Shown: positions 14,403-28,599 of the stretch, piece after piece | Numbering within the stretch: position 1 is the first letter of the stretch | Layout: the number at the start of each line of letters is the position of its first letter | From: Octopus vulgaris | Taxonomy: Eukaryota | Direction: 5' to 3' | NCBI GenBank assembly: GCA_951406725.2 | Contig: OX597836.1 | Location: 930,001 to 994,000 of the forward strand | DNA length: 64,000 nucleotides | Program-made: the position numbers and the translations under genes | Notes under the pieces: model-generated | Database searches by the model: none | The model's input: the letters and a program-made list of their open reading frames with translations, nothing else | What the model was told of the DNA's origin: nothing

Positions 14403-14844
14403 TTTCATACAGATATATGCAAACATAAATCTGCACACACAAATTTATATCAAGAATGTTGCAAATCAAATGCGAAAACGAATGTTATATATATATATAT
14501 ACACACACACATATAAGACCCATACATATGCATGCGTGCATACATTCATACATATACACACACATGTAGATATGGAAGGATCAAATACGAGTTAAGAGTG
14601 GTAAAAAGCAACTAAAAGGCCATTAGTAGCAGGAATTTCGATATTTTTTAACGGTAAAATATTCATTAACGGCCACAAACAATTGTGCTACGGTTTTTTG
14701 CGTCGCTTTTGTCCAGCAATTAGGGAAATTTACAGTAATTAAATATTTTTTGCGTACGTCATTCAGTACATCAGCCCTTAACCTATTTGTACACAACACA
14801 CACACAAAAACATATATACTCACATTCACACAGACACGTGTGTG

Positions 14845-14967
14845 TGTGTATATATATATATATATAAATATATATATAAATATATATATATATATAAATA
14901 TATATATAATATATATATATATAAATATATATATAAATATATATATATATAAATATATATATAAATA

Positions 14968-14999
<32 letters not shown>

Positions 15000-15165
15000 A
15001 ATATATATATATATAAATATATATATATATAAATAAATATATATATATATATAAATAAATATATATATATATATAAATAAATATATATATATATATATAA
15101 ATAAATATATATATATATATAAATATATATATATATGTATATATATATAAATATGTATACATATG
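14845..15165. repeat. Interrupted (TA)n array with periodic AAA/AAATAAA
   Basis: Directly visible. Confidence 0.95.
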
Positions 15166-15663
15166 TACTTGTGTGCTTGTGTGTGTGTGTGTGTGTGGGG
15201 GGGCTATGTTTGCTGAAGGATTCTTAGTGTCGGTGATGGCTATTTAGCCGTTTAATCAAGCAAAGTACCAAATCCTTAAATTTAAATAAAAAGAGCAGAG
15301 ACACGTGGGATTCTGAATCGACGTCAGAAAGTGTAGGACTTGACAGAACCTTTTCATTTAAGATAGAATTTATTCAATGGTTTTCCTCATAGTTTCCGTT
15401 CAGCCAATTTCACCCACAAAGTTCTTGGGCCGTGTTCTGGCAAAAGTAACCGTCACTTGCCCAACACAATTTCTCTCTCTCTCTCGTGTGTATATATATA
15501 TAATGTGTATGTATATACTTATATAAGTAAATGTGTGCGTGTAGATATATATATAATGTGTGTGTGTGTGTGTGTGTGTAAGCACACGCATTGATACGAT
15601 ATATATTTTACTTCTCAACGAGCACAGGAGAATTAGTCACAAAAATACACAATTTTCATTCTG

Positions 15664-15700
<37 letters not shown>

Positions 15701-15905
15701 ATCCCTCATGCTTTCTCTCTCTCTCTCTCTCGCAATCACTCATACTTTCTCTTTCTCTTCTCACGCCATTGATTATTCATTCCTTCGTTTTCCCATTCCT
15801 TCATTCCTTTGCCCTGATTCGTTCTTTCTCTCAATTATTCTCTTCTTTTAAATACACACTCTATGCGAATATAGGCATTCTTCGTCGTCTACTTCCTCTG
15901 CCACA

Positions 15906-15954
<49 letters not shown>

Positions 15955-16082
15955 CTCGCATATATATATGCACATATACACACATAAATATATACACAAT
16001 ACATACACTGACACATACATATACGTATGCATTTGTATAGGTACACACACCCGTATACATACATATCATACACACACATACC

Positions 16083-16115
<33 letters not shown>

Positions 16116-16264
16116 TATACACACATGTATTATACATTTAAATGTGTGTGCGTGTTCATATATATTTGTGTAAGTCTTTCTTGGGTGTGTATTACGGACA
16201 CCTATTTACGGCCAGTTGGACTGCGCCATCCTCCTCAAAAACTCGCCTATTTCACTGATATCTA

Positions 16265-16330
16265 TTATTTTACTCTTTTATTCTTGTATTTGTTTCAGTC
16301 ATTTGACTGCAGCCATGCTGGAGCACTTAC
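16265..16330 (-). mobile_element. SINE family A 3' tail fragment
   Basis: TTGTTTCAGTCATTTGACTGCAGCCATGCTGGAGCAC. Confidence 0.85.
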
Positions 16331-16375
16331 ATATTATAATACATATACACACATACATGGTGCGTGTATGCATAT

Positions 16376-16414
<39 letters not shown>

Positions 16415-16860
16415 CACGCACACCTATTCATCTATTCATTTATTCACCTATTCACGTATTCACCTATTCACTCATTCCATTATACGTTCGATCAATCAGT
16501 GACAATATATTCTTTCATTCCAGTTCAGAGAATCATTCTTGATTTATTCATTCGTCGTTTGATAACTTCAATGATATTTCACTGACTTAATCACTTAACT
16601 TCATTCATTCATTCTCTTATTCATTCATTCGTTCATTCTTTATATTTATTCATCCCTGTTATTTATGTGTTTACTTTTTTTATTCCGCTATTCTTTTATT
16701 TCATCGATTAACGAAACTGTTTATTCGTTTATCGTTCCGTTCTTTCATCCGACCATTCATATTGACTTATTGAAGACGCTCAACATGTACCTGGGTGGGT
16801 GGGTGTGTGTGTGTATGCGCAAGCGCTTCTTTTGTATATACATGTTAGTTTTGTGAAACA

Positions 16861-16893
<33 letters not shown>

Positions 16894-17037
16894 TGTGTGC
16901 GTGTGTGTTTGTGTGTGTGTGTATAGATCTGCTTGTGTGAAGTACATATATTCGCACCGAGCTGTATCGACCTCGACATTTCCCTTGGGTATCAACAGTG
17001 ACATGGAGAGGAAAGCCTCGCTGTACAGGCAACTGCT

Positions 17038-17153
<116 letters not shown>

Positions 17154-18699
17154 GCACACTAATAACTCGCCTCGTTTGGCTGTCTCGGGTGGAAATTTCC
17201 ACGAACAGAAACCCAAAATTAACCTTGACTGAAGGAGGTCTTATATGTAATCTTGACATCATGTGTGCCGTGTGCCATGCAATAAGCCATAAAGCGCCAC
17301 ATGTGGCCAGTGGTCGACCATGCAGGCTTTAGGTTGTATAAGCTCTCACATATACACGTATGTGATTATCCAACATTCTAAAATCAACTATCAACTCTCT
17401 TTAAAAAGAGGAAGTAGAAGATGATGTAGTTGGTATATCGTCCGAAATTTAGAATAGATAGCCATGGTTGGAATGTCGTTGAACATAAGTCCACTTAATG
17501 AGAAGAGAAATCTAGGTTTAAGCCAGGATAACTAGTAGGCTGTACACGCCGACAAGGGAATAACTACATTGAGACAAGACCTGCTAGAAATAGCAGCGAT
17601 GCAGAGTTTTGTCTCAGTTGATTTTCTTCTCTGAAGTAAAGTTTCTTGAGATGAACTAGCTTTCTTTCCGAGGGAGCATCTGCTTTATGCAAATGATTCT
17701 CCCTTCATTGGAACAGAAATCAGCGGCCATTCGCCAGACGACGAGTTTTCTCTCGTCCTCCTGAGTCAGTAAGTGATGGAAAATCCGTACAGTTCAAATT
17801 TAAATTCAGACTTCAATTTGTTCATTTGAAACTCGGAAAATGTTCGATCTCTCTATTGGGTAGGTATTAACCTAACTTATCAGCGTTCAATATTGAATGC
17901 CCAAATAGATTTGCTCGTTCATTCTGACCAAACATTTTCAATGAATCTATTTTGCATAAATCAATGACGAATGTGAATTGTGATTTTTCTGCAGAAGTTA
18001 CAATGTATAAATATAACTCAGAACGAATTATCCACACAAACAGGACTTCTTGACAAAAATCAGTTCCTTTCTCAAGCGAAATACAGCTTATCCACCTCAA
18101 ATGACTTTTATAAATGTCTTCCACCAAACATCAAAACATCGTTTTGTTTCCATCTGATCTTCCATCACATTTTACATTTGAAATTTTCTTCTTTGTGGAA
18201 TTTTCCCGGTTTAGCTACATTCAACAGCAGCAAAACAACAGCAATAACAAACGAGCAAAATTCAGGAGGGAAGGCCAACAGCAATCCATGGATTCATTTT
18301 TCCAGGCGATGTAACATTAATGGATGCACAACGGAGGGATGTACTGAGGGATGTATATCCCTTTATATTGGTATGAAGGTTAAGCAAGTTTATATAAATA
18401 TCACACACATGTGAGCTTGTGCGAACAGACAAACAGACAGATTAAAAGGCTAGAGAGTCTGAGTCTCCATCTATTTAATGCAGTCCTGTTGGAAACGGCG
18501 CAGAAATCCTTTCCAGTTTTCCTTTTCTTTAAATTACTTTCTGCTTGATGGGAGTTGACAAGTCACAGCACCCAGTTTAACATAACCACCCAATTTACGG
18601 GTATCTTTGAGTGGATTAATAAACATTTGGACCAACCTCACAACAGGGTTTTGCCCTCACTCATTCTTTATTCTGCCCTAAACATAAAAAAACCATAAG

Positions 18700-19090
18700 G
18701 AAACTCGCTGGACAATTCACTTTCCGATTCGTCTCGAACATCGTTGGTCTGTAATCCAAATTAGATTCTACAAATCGTTTCTGATCGACAGGCAAATCCA
18801 GCATCCTATTCCTCTCTCAAATACAAATCTCTTAAACCCTCACTCCACCAAACCTCCATGGAATGATTGTACTCCAACGTCTCCCTCATGAGCGACTCTG
18901 TCCACTCTTTACTTTTTCTATCGTTGATCCTATGGCCTCCGATCAACTCGCATCTCTCCACATCCCCCATATTATGTCTCACCACCCACACACGCAGCCA
19001 TTTTCCTTTGCAGATGTCTTTCATGCAGTCGTCGAATTGCAACTATTGAAGAGGATCTTCCTTGGCATCAATGCCAATGATCGCGTACAA
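18700..19090 (+). mobile_element. Decayed CR1/L2-group LINE, 3' end of ORF2
   Basis: Frameshifted peptides VLQRLPHE / ATLSTLYFFYR / GLRSTRISPHPPYYVS / DVFHAVVELQLLKRI follow the order of the CR1-group C-terminus (LQxLxHRR..SLxLFYR..RSTR...VFP...LQxFK). Confidence 0.5.
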
Positions 19091-19737
19091 TCTGCGAAAA
19101 TCACGAGAACCATTCCTTTCTCGAGACAAAACTGATAAAAAACAAAACAGATCAAGAAAATATTGTCAGGGTTCATAAATTTCTCGGGAGGAAAGTTATC
19201 TGAGATGGACCAACTTTCTATCCTGCAGTGCAAGAATTTCATTTTTGGGTTCGCTACAATGTCTGAACTGAACTAACTTTATCGAACAGTGTTTCCTCAA
19301 ACGGATGGACCAGATTTCTGACCCAATTTATTCCCTGTATTGCTTCGGTTTACTTAGCGCTCGAAGATAAGACGTGAGATCTTTGATTGATAAGCTTCAT
19401 AGTTTTCATAGACTCAGAAAGTCTAGGGTCCTAACGCGGTGTAGCAATGAGGTAAAGGGTCATCTTTAATCGCCAAAAGCATCAACGGCAGATTTTACCG
19501 ATTTCGAATTTAGGGACGTGTTCATCTAGTTGTGTTTTTGTTAGGCTGCAGGAACATCAGAGTGAGTTACTGGAGCTGGATTGGTACTTGTCCGGAAAGC
19601 GTATTCCCGCTCGTCTACTTTACGCTGAGCACAGCCCCGATCATTACTGAATCAGGGAGAGTTAAGAAACGACTCACGTTTTTTCAACGACACCATACTA
19701 TGCATGCATGCGTGTGTGTGTATATATATATGTGTGT

Positions 19738-19953
19738 GTTTATTGAGCGAAAACACCTAAAAAGCTCCATGAGGCTTTGGCAGGGGGTGGTGATCCTTGC
19801 TGTACTCCTTCACCACTCTTTCACTCTTTCTTCTGTTGGCCTGCTCGCTTAGCCAGCGGGGTGGCGTCATTCGAAGGCTAAAACAATGCGAACGCATTGT
19901 GACCAGCGATGTGTAACTACATCTGATGGACTGGTCGGTCACGTGATCACGTG

Positions 19954-19955
<2 letters not shown>
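19738..19955 (+). mobile_element. SINE family C body with an alternative 3' tail, head missing
   Basis: ATTGAGCGAAAACACCTAAAAGCTCC...TGCTGTACTCCTTCACCAC is shared with the 32088 copy. The tail differs and ends in TCACGTGATCACGTGA then (TA)n. Confidence 0.8.
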
Positions 19956-19986
<31 letters not shown>

Positions 19987-20264
19987 GTTTGGGACAAGAT
20001 TCAACGTTGATTTGGTAAGGTTTGTCCAGAAGCACACCCTTGATCTCATCTAAAGACTATGTGAGAGACAACCGTGGAAGATCCTTTGTCGGTTTCTTAC
20101 TTGTGAGATTAAAAACCAGGTTGCGGACAACTGAATAGACACATGCCATGTGCTTATTCTGGCAAATTAATGACAATATTAAAAGGATGGGGCCATTGGA
20201 AGAAAGAAAGAAACACAGGCAGAAGAGTCTACCCCAGGACAGGACGGGTACTTTATATATAAAT

Positions 20265-20298
<34 letters not shown>

Positions 20299-20559
20299 TC
20301 TTCAAGTTCGCTATTCTTTGGTTCCACTGTTACATCATCAACTCCTGGTCTTCTAACGAACAAAGTACAACAATCAAATACAAACTTCAACCAAATCCAC
20401 CCGATTCGTTCCCCACCCCCTACCACCATCTCACACCTTCGTTCATCATCTCTTCGTTGTCTCATCCCACAAACCTCTCCACTCAACATTTGATTCAGTT
20501 CTTCCCACCCAGAAATGCTGCTACCCTATACACTCATATCCCTCATATCTTTGGTTGGG

Positions 20560-20700
20560 TAACCTTTTAAACCCTTTCTGTCTACGACTACATTGTGGGA
20601 TACGTCCCCTTTTTTAAGATGGTGTGTGTGCGATTGCAGGAAGATTTGGCTGTTGTTTCTAGCACATTCAACGATGAAGTATAAATTTTCCTGGTTGACT
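20560..20700 (-). mobile_element. Family D repeat copy
   Basis: GACTACATTG...TTTTAAGATGGTG...GAAGATTTGGCTGTTGTTTCTAGCA. Confidence 0.65.
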
Positions 20701-21262
20701 TGAGTGTGTTATTATTGGTAGTGGTGGTGGTGGTGGTGCAGTTGTTGTTGTTGCTGTTGTTGCTGACTGCGGCTGTGCTGATAGTGTTGTTGGTGATAAT
20801 AGCCGGGTATCGTTGCTGTTATCGGTTGTTAAGCTTAGTCGGGGTAGATTAGTTGAGGGTAGCCAAGCATTATTGTTAGGTTCAGGTGAAGTTGAAGAAG
20901 TGTTAGTAACGACACCTAACGGTCGAAACAGTCGTTACTGATATGTAATGAGATGATGATGATGATGATGATGGGGGTGGTGGGGGTGGTGGTGTGTGTG
21001 TAAAAGGGTGGAGACGGACTGCGTGAAAGAAGTAGGGATAGATAGCGACGTTAGTCCACTGGCCACATATCAGGGTAGCTACCGACTGAGCCTGTCTTTA
21101 ACTAGTTGGGTAGATAGAGAGTAGAGTGACGGCTTAATTAGATTGACCGATCTATTGATTGGTAAATGGTCGCATAGCAAGTTGGAGAGAAAACAGACAC
21201 AAACAGACAGACAGAGAGGTAGACATTGTTTTAGCCAGAGGCTATGATCGGACTCTTCCCAC

Positions 21263-21314
<52 letters not shown>

Positions 21315-21506
21315 GTACGATGAGGAGAGAGCAGATAGATCCACAAATAAATATATAGAGGCAGGCATATAGATCTGTAAGTAAATAGACAAACGGATGG
21401 ATTGATAGACTGATACACACACATACACACATATACGCCTCCACACACACACATATATGTATATACATATAGAAAGAGTGATAGATAGAGAGAGAGATAT
21501 GTTGAC

Positions 21507-21507
<1 letters not shown>

Positions 21508-21592
<85 letters not shown>
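21508..21592. repeat. (GATA)n/(GACA)n tetranucleotide microsatellite
   Basis: Directly visible. Confidence 0.95.
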
Positions 21593-21593
<1 letters not shown>

Positions 21594-22910
21594 TAAAAAA
21601 ATAAATAGATTAGAAGGCGGCAGCGGCGGCGACAAAAATGTCTCCGAGCGAAGAACTTGTTACAGGAGACGTAAAATTGACCTTCACAGCATTTTCGGTG
21701 TTTGTGGTGGTGAGATAAGCACCAAGTGACACCTATTACCAAACTCTTTACTCTGCTACAACCATCGAAACTCTAATAATACGACTGCAGCACTGAGAAG
21801 ACAAACAGTAGGAACAGCACTAAACCCACTGCACCAACAACAACAATACCATTGTCATACCACTCGGCTGTGTGAATAATACTTCCACCACGAACAGAGA
21901 GGAACTGGGGCTAAACTACAACCAGTGGTGTGTGTGGGTCATGGTTCGATTGGCGTTTTCTAATGTAGCGCCGGGTTCACCTACGCCCTTTCAGTGCAGT
22001 TCGGTTGGTAACTGCAGCGGAGAATACCTATGTATGTACGTGTGTGTGTGTATATATATGTATATATATATATATATATCTCGCCACACACACACACGCA
22101 CATCACATATATGAGAGAAGGAAGACAGACAGACAGACAAGTGGGTGTATATAATGGACATTTCGAGAGTGATGAGCACCGGACTGCAATAATTACAGGC
22201 ATTGAGGGGGGGGGGGGGCGGCTAAACAAGAAGTATATAAAAAGGATAAATAATAAAACTCCTTTGACAAGCATTGCTCCAGCCTGGCCATAGTCCAGTT
22301 CTTACCTTCAAAATTGTACAAGTGTGTGTGTGTGTGTGGTTGAAACAGTTACTCTTCTATGGTTATAAAAACCCTCCCCTCACCTCCACCTTACCCTGTT
22401 GTCAGTTTTGTTATGACAACCAGTAGTATACATACATACATTACACACACACACACACACACACACATACTATATATATACACACACACATATATATATG
22501 TACTATATATGTATGCATACTATATATACATATATACTATATGTATACATATATTTATACATACATACTATATATATATAACTACTATATATACATGTAC
22601 ATATATACATAAACATTCTATATATACATACATATACTATATATATATACACACTATATTTATATAAACTTACTATATATATTGTATGTATATAGTTATA
22701 TATATATATATATATATATATACCTACTATATGTATATACACACACATGCATATGTATGCTGTGTGTGTGTGTGTGTGTGTGTGTGTATCGCGCGAGAGA
22801 GATAGAGATTGGGAGTGAGAGGAGTGTGAATGAGTGAAAGGCGGAGGGAGGAAATGTGGGTTACAAATATTCTTAATGTGTCGGTAGCGTTATTGTTTTG
22901 TCTAGGTGCC

Positions 22911-22971
<61 letters not shown>

Positions 22972-23272
22972 GTGATTATGGTGATGATGGTGATGATGAT
23001 GATGATGATGATGATGGTGGTGATGGTGATGATGATGGTGATGGTGATGATGATGATGGTGGTGATGATGGTAATGATGATGGTGATGGTGATGATGACG
23101 AATCTTCTCGTAGCGATGATGGTGACGGCTAATCTGGTGATGACGGTTTTTGGAGGGGCGACGGCGGCGGCGGTGATGCTGCCGCTGCTACAGTTACTAT
23201 TTATTGCTGCAGTCTCGCTACTATTACAACCGCTGCTGCTGCTGCTGCTTGGGTGCCGTATCACGGTTGCAG

Positions 23273-23309
<37 letters not shown>

Positions 23310-23325
23310 GACTGCTGCTGCTGCC
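22911..23325. repeat. (GAT/GGT)n followed by (GCT)n trinucleotide arrays
   Basis: Directly visible; source of the poly-D/M/I/A ORFs. Confidence 0.95.
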
Positions 23326-23349
23326 AACACCTCAGGATCCAACGCTGTA

Positions 23350-23535
23350 ACCTCTAGATAAAACGTTCGACCTGCTAAACATAGCAGCCAAACTCGTCCT
23401 CTCAAACTGACAAACACCACATTGGCTTATGTAGTGCTGTGTAGAGTATGAATGAGGTGGCCACGGCTGGATAGCCTTCCGCTCATTTGGCTGCTCGATC
23501 AGGTCTGACCTGAAGGTTAAGCTACAGCAACAACA
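23350..23535 (+). mobile_element. Family D repeat, relatively complete copy
   Basis: TCGACCTGCTAAACATAGCAGCCAAA...ACATTGGCTTATGTAG...GGCCACGGCTGGA...GATCAGGTCTGACCTG...CAACAAC. Confidence 0.7.
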
Positions 23536-23672
23536 AACAACCCAACAATAAAGAGCACCATTCCAACTAGAGCCTGCACTACAACCAACAAACCCACCCA
23601 GTAGCACCACTCCTCTACCACCAATACCATCAAACGTACCACTGCAACACCACCGAGCGTTACTACATCACC

Positions 23673-23703
<31 letters not shown>

Positions 23704-24194
23704 CCATCACATGCAGTGATAGCATCAGGCTATCATACCATCGCCAGCGATGCCATCGAAATATTACTATAATCGTCATCACCACTGACACCACCACCAT
23801 CACCACCGCCACCATCACCATCACCACCACCACCGCCGCTGCTGCTGCTGCTGCTGCGGCAGTGTTAAACATGTTTAAGTCTCGATGAAGCGTCAAAATC
23901 AGATCGATATATATAGAGAAAGGTCAAAAAGCTGGAGAGAGAAGCCCGTGTGTGTGTGTGTGTGTTTATAAATACATACACACGCACACACACACATGTG
24001 TGTGCAAGTGAATCATACACAAAAGCTACACACACACACACGTGTATATGTATGCGTGTGTACACACACACACACACACACACCATCCGCATACGTAGAC
24101 GCCCGCGCGCACCTAAACACGAAATATCAACGGAGGCGAATGTCATGAATATATAACAAGTTCCAACGCAGAATATTGACAGAGGCAGTCAGGA

Positions 24195-24335
24195 AATGGA
24201 TCTCCGTCGGTTTCGACGAGGAACATTCAGAGTTGTTCAATCAATTGAACTCGTCATCCATTAAATAACAGAATAAGTGGCTGAGTACCCCACAGAAACG
24301 TACACCCTTGATTTTCTTTTCAGGCAGAATCACCA
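24195..24335 (-). mobile_element. SINE family C 3' tail, decayed
   Basis: CTCCGTCGGTTTCGACGAGG...GTGGCTGAGTACCCCACAGAAACGTACACCCTT is similar to the 32088 tail. Confidence 0.55.
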
Positions 24336-24467
24336 TTCACTGCTTTATTATTATAACGATGGTCTTTGGGGATCCAGGTAGAGTTTCCATTTACTGAATT
24401 TCTGAAACAAGATTATGGAAACCAAAACTTTGGAGTGAAAGAATAAATAAATAGAAAAACAAGTGAA

Positions 24468-24540
24468 GAATTCCCCGCAACGCGATCGAAACCGACACCT
24501 CATCGTTGCGAGGTGAGCGTCTTCACCACACGGCCATCGA
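24468..24540 (-). mobile_element. tRNA-like SINE head remnant (family A-related)
   Basis: Reverse complement TGGCCGTGTGGTGAAG...GGTTTCGATCGCG has A- and B-box-like motifs but no complete cloverleaf. Confidence 0.5.
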
Positions 24541-24654
24541 TATAACCACATGCAAACATTAACAAATTGGAATCCAGATAAACATGCACACTAAGCTTGG
24601 AAACACAAGATTCCTAAATTATTTGTGTTCCTATGTGCCGCTCGAGGAATTGTA

Positions 24655-24704
<50 letters not shown>

Positions 24705-24782
24705 ACACAACCATACATGTATATGTGTGAGTGTATATATATATATATGTATATACACAACACTCATGTATGTGTATGTGTG

Positions 24783-24831
<49 letters not shown>

Positions 24832-25070
24832 ATGCGTGTATGAGTGTGTATGCATTGACCGATTTAAATGTGTGTGTGTATACGTGTGTGAGTATGTATG
24901 CATATTATATGAGTTAATCAATATATGTACATGGACACATTACGCACACACACACACAAGATACACCCAGAACCACACACACACATACACACACATACAT
25001 ACACACGCATATACATTTGTGTAATATATATTAATATATATGTACGTTTGTGCACATGTGTGTGTGTATG

Positions 25071-25106
<36 letters not shown>

Positions 25107-25193
25107 CGGTTTGTGTGTATATATATGTATACAGATATGCCATTGTATACGTAACTACAAGTGTATATAAGTGAATGTATGTCTACACGTTAT

Positions 25194-25225
<32 letters not shown>

Positions 25226-25390
25226 CTATGTGTGTATGTGTGTCGATCAATAGAGCTGTTGTAATCTGCCATGTTACGACTGTTGAGTTGTGCTATTACA
25301 GCCCACTGTAGTAGACATGTACCTAGAGTTGCCTGGATCGATACATCGATCTACGAACAGAAAGATAGATGGACATACATGCATATGCAC

Positions 25391-25427
<37 letters not shown>

Positions 25428-25570
25428 CGTAAGCGTGTTCCCTTTGTGGGTATGTATGCGTGTGTTGTTGTGTTTCCGAACAATATTTGGACCCATCAAA
25501 AGTAAATTTATTTTCTCTTCACTATTTATCAACATTCCGTTGGTCTATCTGGATGTTTCTCCTCTGTTTG

Positions 25571-25630
<60 letters not shown>

Positions 25631-25734
25631 TCAGAAATAGACAAGATTGTCACATCACACATGTGTAAAAGGCGAAAATAGGTTTAAGAATCTGTTTATT
25701 ATATACATCATGGCTCTACTCTGCACGCTATATA

Positions 25735-25759
25735 TATATATATATATATAAAAATACAC

Positions 25760-25827
<68 letters not shown>

Positions 25828-26310
25828 ATTTATGTATATATTTATATCCATATATACATATAGATATGTATATATGGATATATACATATATATAGATATA
25901 TCTATATATATCTATATACATACATACATATATATATATATGTATATGTATATATATATACATATATATAGATATATCTATATATATCTATATACATACA
26001 TATATTCATATATATATATATGTATATGTATATATATATATACATATATATAGATATATCTATATACATACATATATTCATATATATATATATGTATATG
26101 TATATATATATATACATATATATAGATATATCTATATACATACATATATTCATATATATATATATGTATATGTATATATATATATACATATATATAGATA
26201 TATCTATATATATCTATATACATACATACATATATTCATATATATATATATATATATAGATATATCTATATATATCTATATACATACATACATATATTCA
26301 TATATATATG

Positions 26311-26344
<34 letters not shown>

Positions 26345-26380
26345 TATATCTATATATATCTATATACATACATACATATA

Positions 26381-26422
<42 letters not shown>
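25735..26422. repeat. TA-rich higher-order tandem array (~65-80 bp units with TAGATATATCTA and CATATATTCATA anchors)
   Basis: Anchors recur about 6-7 times between ~25890 and 26390. Confidence 0.9.
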
Positions 26423-26427
<5 letters not shown>

Positions 26428-26631
26428 ATAATAATATTAGGGAATAAATCCAAACTTACAGGGAAAAATTAGATTTAGGATTAAATCCAATTTTATAGTG
26501 TAAATATATTATATTATATTATATTAAATTAGAGATAAAACCACCATTAGGCAAATCAAACAGTGAAAAACGTAAGCCAATACATAAAATAAATTTTAAA
26601 ATATAAAAGTATAAAAGTATAAAAAATATTG

Positions 26632-26671
<40 letters not shown>

Positions 26672-26810
26672 TGTATATATATATATATATATATACATAC
26701 AAACATATATATACATTTATATATATACATACAAACATATGTATATATACATACATACATATACATACATATGTATATATATATATATATACATACATAC
26801 ATATACATAC

Positions 26811-26880
<70 letters not shown>

Positions 26881-26914
26881 ATCTATATCTATAATCACTC
26901 ATCTTCATTTTCAG

Positions 26915-27290
26915 CAACACGCTCGATCTATAAGAAATAGCAGCTAAATATCCAACAAATCTTTTCACCTATTTCTTAAAAAGAATTGCACCTAGAAATG
27001 ATTACATTACTAGATACATGTATCCCAAAATAAAAAGGAGGAGCAATATGATCGCAGGTAGAAGTGCTCTTAATTCGGGTTATGTGGCCAGAGGTGACCT
27101 AGGGTTTAATAATAACAACAACAACAACAACGTCTTGTTACCAATTATAAAAGATGTTATTTTAGTTGTTGTTATTGTTTGGAGCCAAGTCAAACCTAAT
27201 CAAACGTAGATATAATGAAAAGCGTTCCAACCTTGACCAGCCATTCGTTTTTCTAATGCTGGGAACTTAAGGACTGCATTATCCAACCTA
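26915..27290. mobile_element. Two family D copies in inverted orientation (26915-27120 and 27165-27290)
   Basis: AGAAATAGCAGCTAAAT...TGACCTAGGGTTTAATAATAACAAC, then GTTGTT...GTTCCAACCTTGACC...GGACTGCATTATCCAA. Confidence 0.6.
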
Positions 27291-27377
27291 ATTCAGGGAA
27301 AATGCTTTGCGATATATTTTCCGCCTCGAAGTTCTTACTCGAAGTTTCACCGAAGTTAAATTTGTTTTACATTCCTC

Positions 27378-27582
27378 AAAGGTCGATAAAAGTACCAGTA
27401 GAATATTGGGGGTCGGCTGTATCGACTAATCTCCTCCCTTCATATTTTCTGGTCTTGTACCCAAATCTTACATTGTGTATCTGGCCCTTTTGTGCTCTAA
27501 GTGCATGTATAACCCACTAATCTGGACCCAGTCGGGCTGGTTATTTTTTCAGACACATTAAAAGTCCTTCTACGTATTTGCG

Positions 27583-27653
<71 letters not shown>

Positions 27654-27825
27654 TTTTTTAAAGGTGGCAAGATGGCAGGATCGTTAGCACGTCGGTATTT
27701 CATCTGCCCTTACATTCTGAGTTCAAATGCTGCCGAGGTCGACTTCAAATTTCATCCTTTCGGGGACGATTTAATCATCGACATAGTCCCTTCCCCAAGA
27801 CTGCTGGCTTTGAATTTGAAGCCGT
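27378..27825 (+). mobile_element. Two SINE family B copies (27378-27470 3' part; 27660-27825 with head) separated by an (ATT)n array
   Basis: GGTCGATAAAAGTACCAGT; GGCAGGATCGTTAGCACG...CTGAGTTCAAATGCTGCCGAGGTCGACTT...TCATCCTTTCGGGG. Confidence 0.8.
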
Positions 27826-28309
27826 TATTATTATTCTGATGGAGGGGTTTTGTTGGAACTCTTGGAGTTGCGGGTCTGCTTCCCGCAGCCTACGCTTCCA
27901 GGCTGTCTGTTCTTTTCAACTCTATAATGCTTTCCTGATGATTGATTCAGGCAAACCATTTTAAACCCTTTTTTAATTTTAATAATCATTATTATTTACA
28001 AGAAACGTTTTGTCATTTGTTTCGCAGTTTCATTTGACTAATGATGAAGGTTAATTAACCAAAAATCTGAAGTTACTGTCAACTTGTAAATATAAAATAT
28101 ATTTCAAACTTTTATGATATTCATTCTATACTTCCAAGGAAAGCATTGACCGTCAGTTTCATAAAAGCTTTCGATGTGTGTGTGTGTGTTTGTGTGTGTG
28201 CGTGTGTGTGTGTATACATACACATACAACATTTATACCTGCTTATGTTACATATATTACATATATATATATATATATATATATATACTAATTATGAATT
28301 ACACATATC

Positions 28310-28500
28310 TTCTATCTTTTGTTTGAGTCATTGGACTGCGGCCATGCTGGACCACTGCCTTGAAGGATTTTGTCGACCCACAGTACTCATTTTTCAAAAC
28401 TGATACCTTATCATACTCTTACACCGAATCGCTAAGTTACTGGGACATAAACAAACAAACGCCGATTGTCGAGCGAGGGTGAGACAAGCGTGCGCACGCA
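28310..28500 (-). mobile_element. SINE family A 3' half
   Basis: GTCATTGGACTGCGGCCATGCTGG...GCTAAGTTACTGGGACATAAAC. Confidence 0.8.
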
Positions 28501-28599
28501 CACACACACACGCATACATATATATATGGGCTTCTTTGCAAGCACTAAGGGGAAAGAATTGGAGTGAGTCTTCGACGTTTCGAGCCTATGCTCTTTTCC

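Noticed and set aside
22830-23420. Poly-Asp, poly-Met and poly-Ala/Ile ORFs as a possible exon
   Set aside because: They derive from (GAT)n/(GCT)n repeats. The start of the minus-strand ORF lies in a family D repeat, and there is no paired acceptor and donor.
24468-24540. Possible tRNA gene on the minus strand
   Set aside because: No acceptor stem or complete cloverleaf; better explained as a SINE head.
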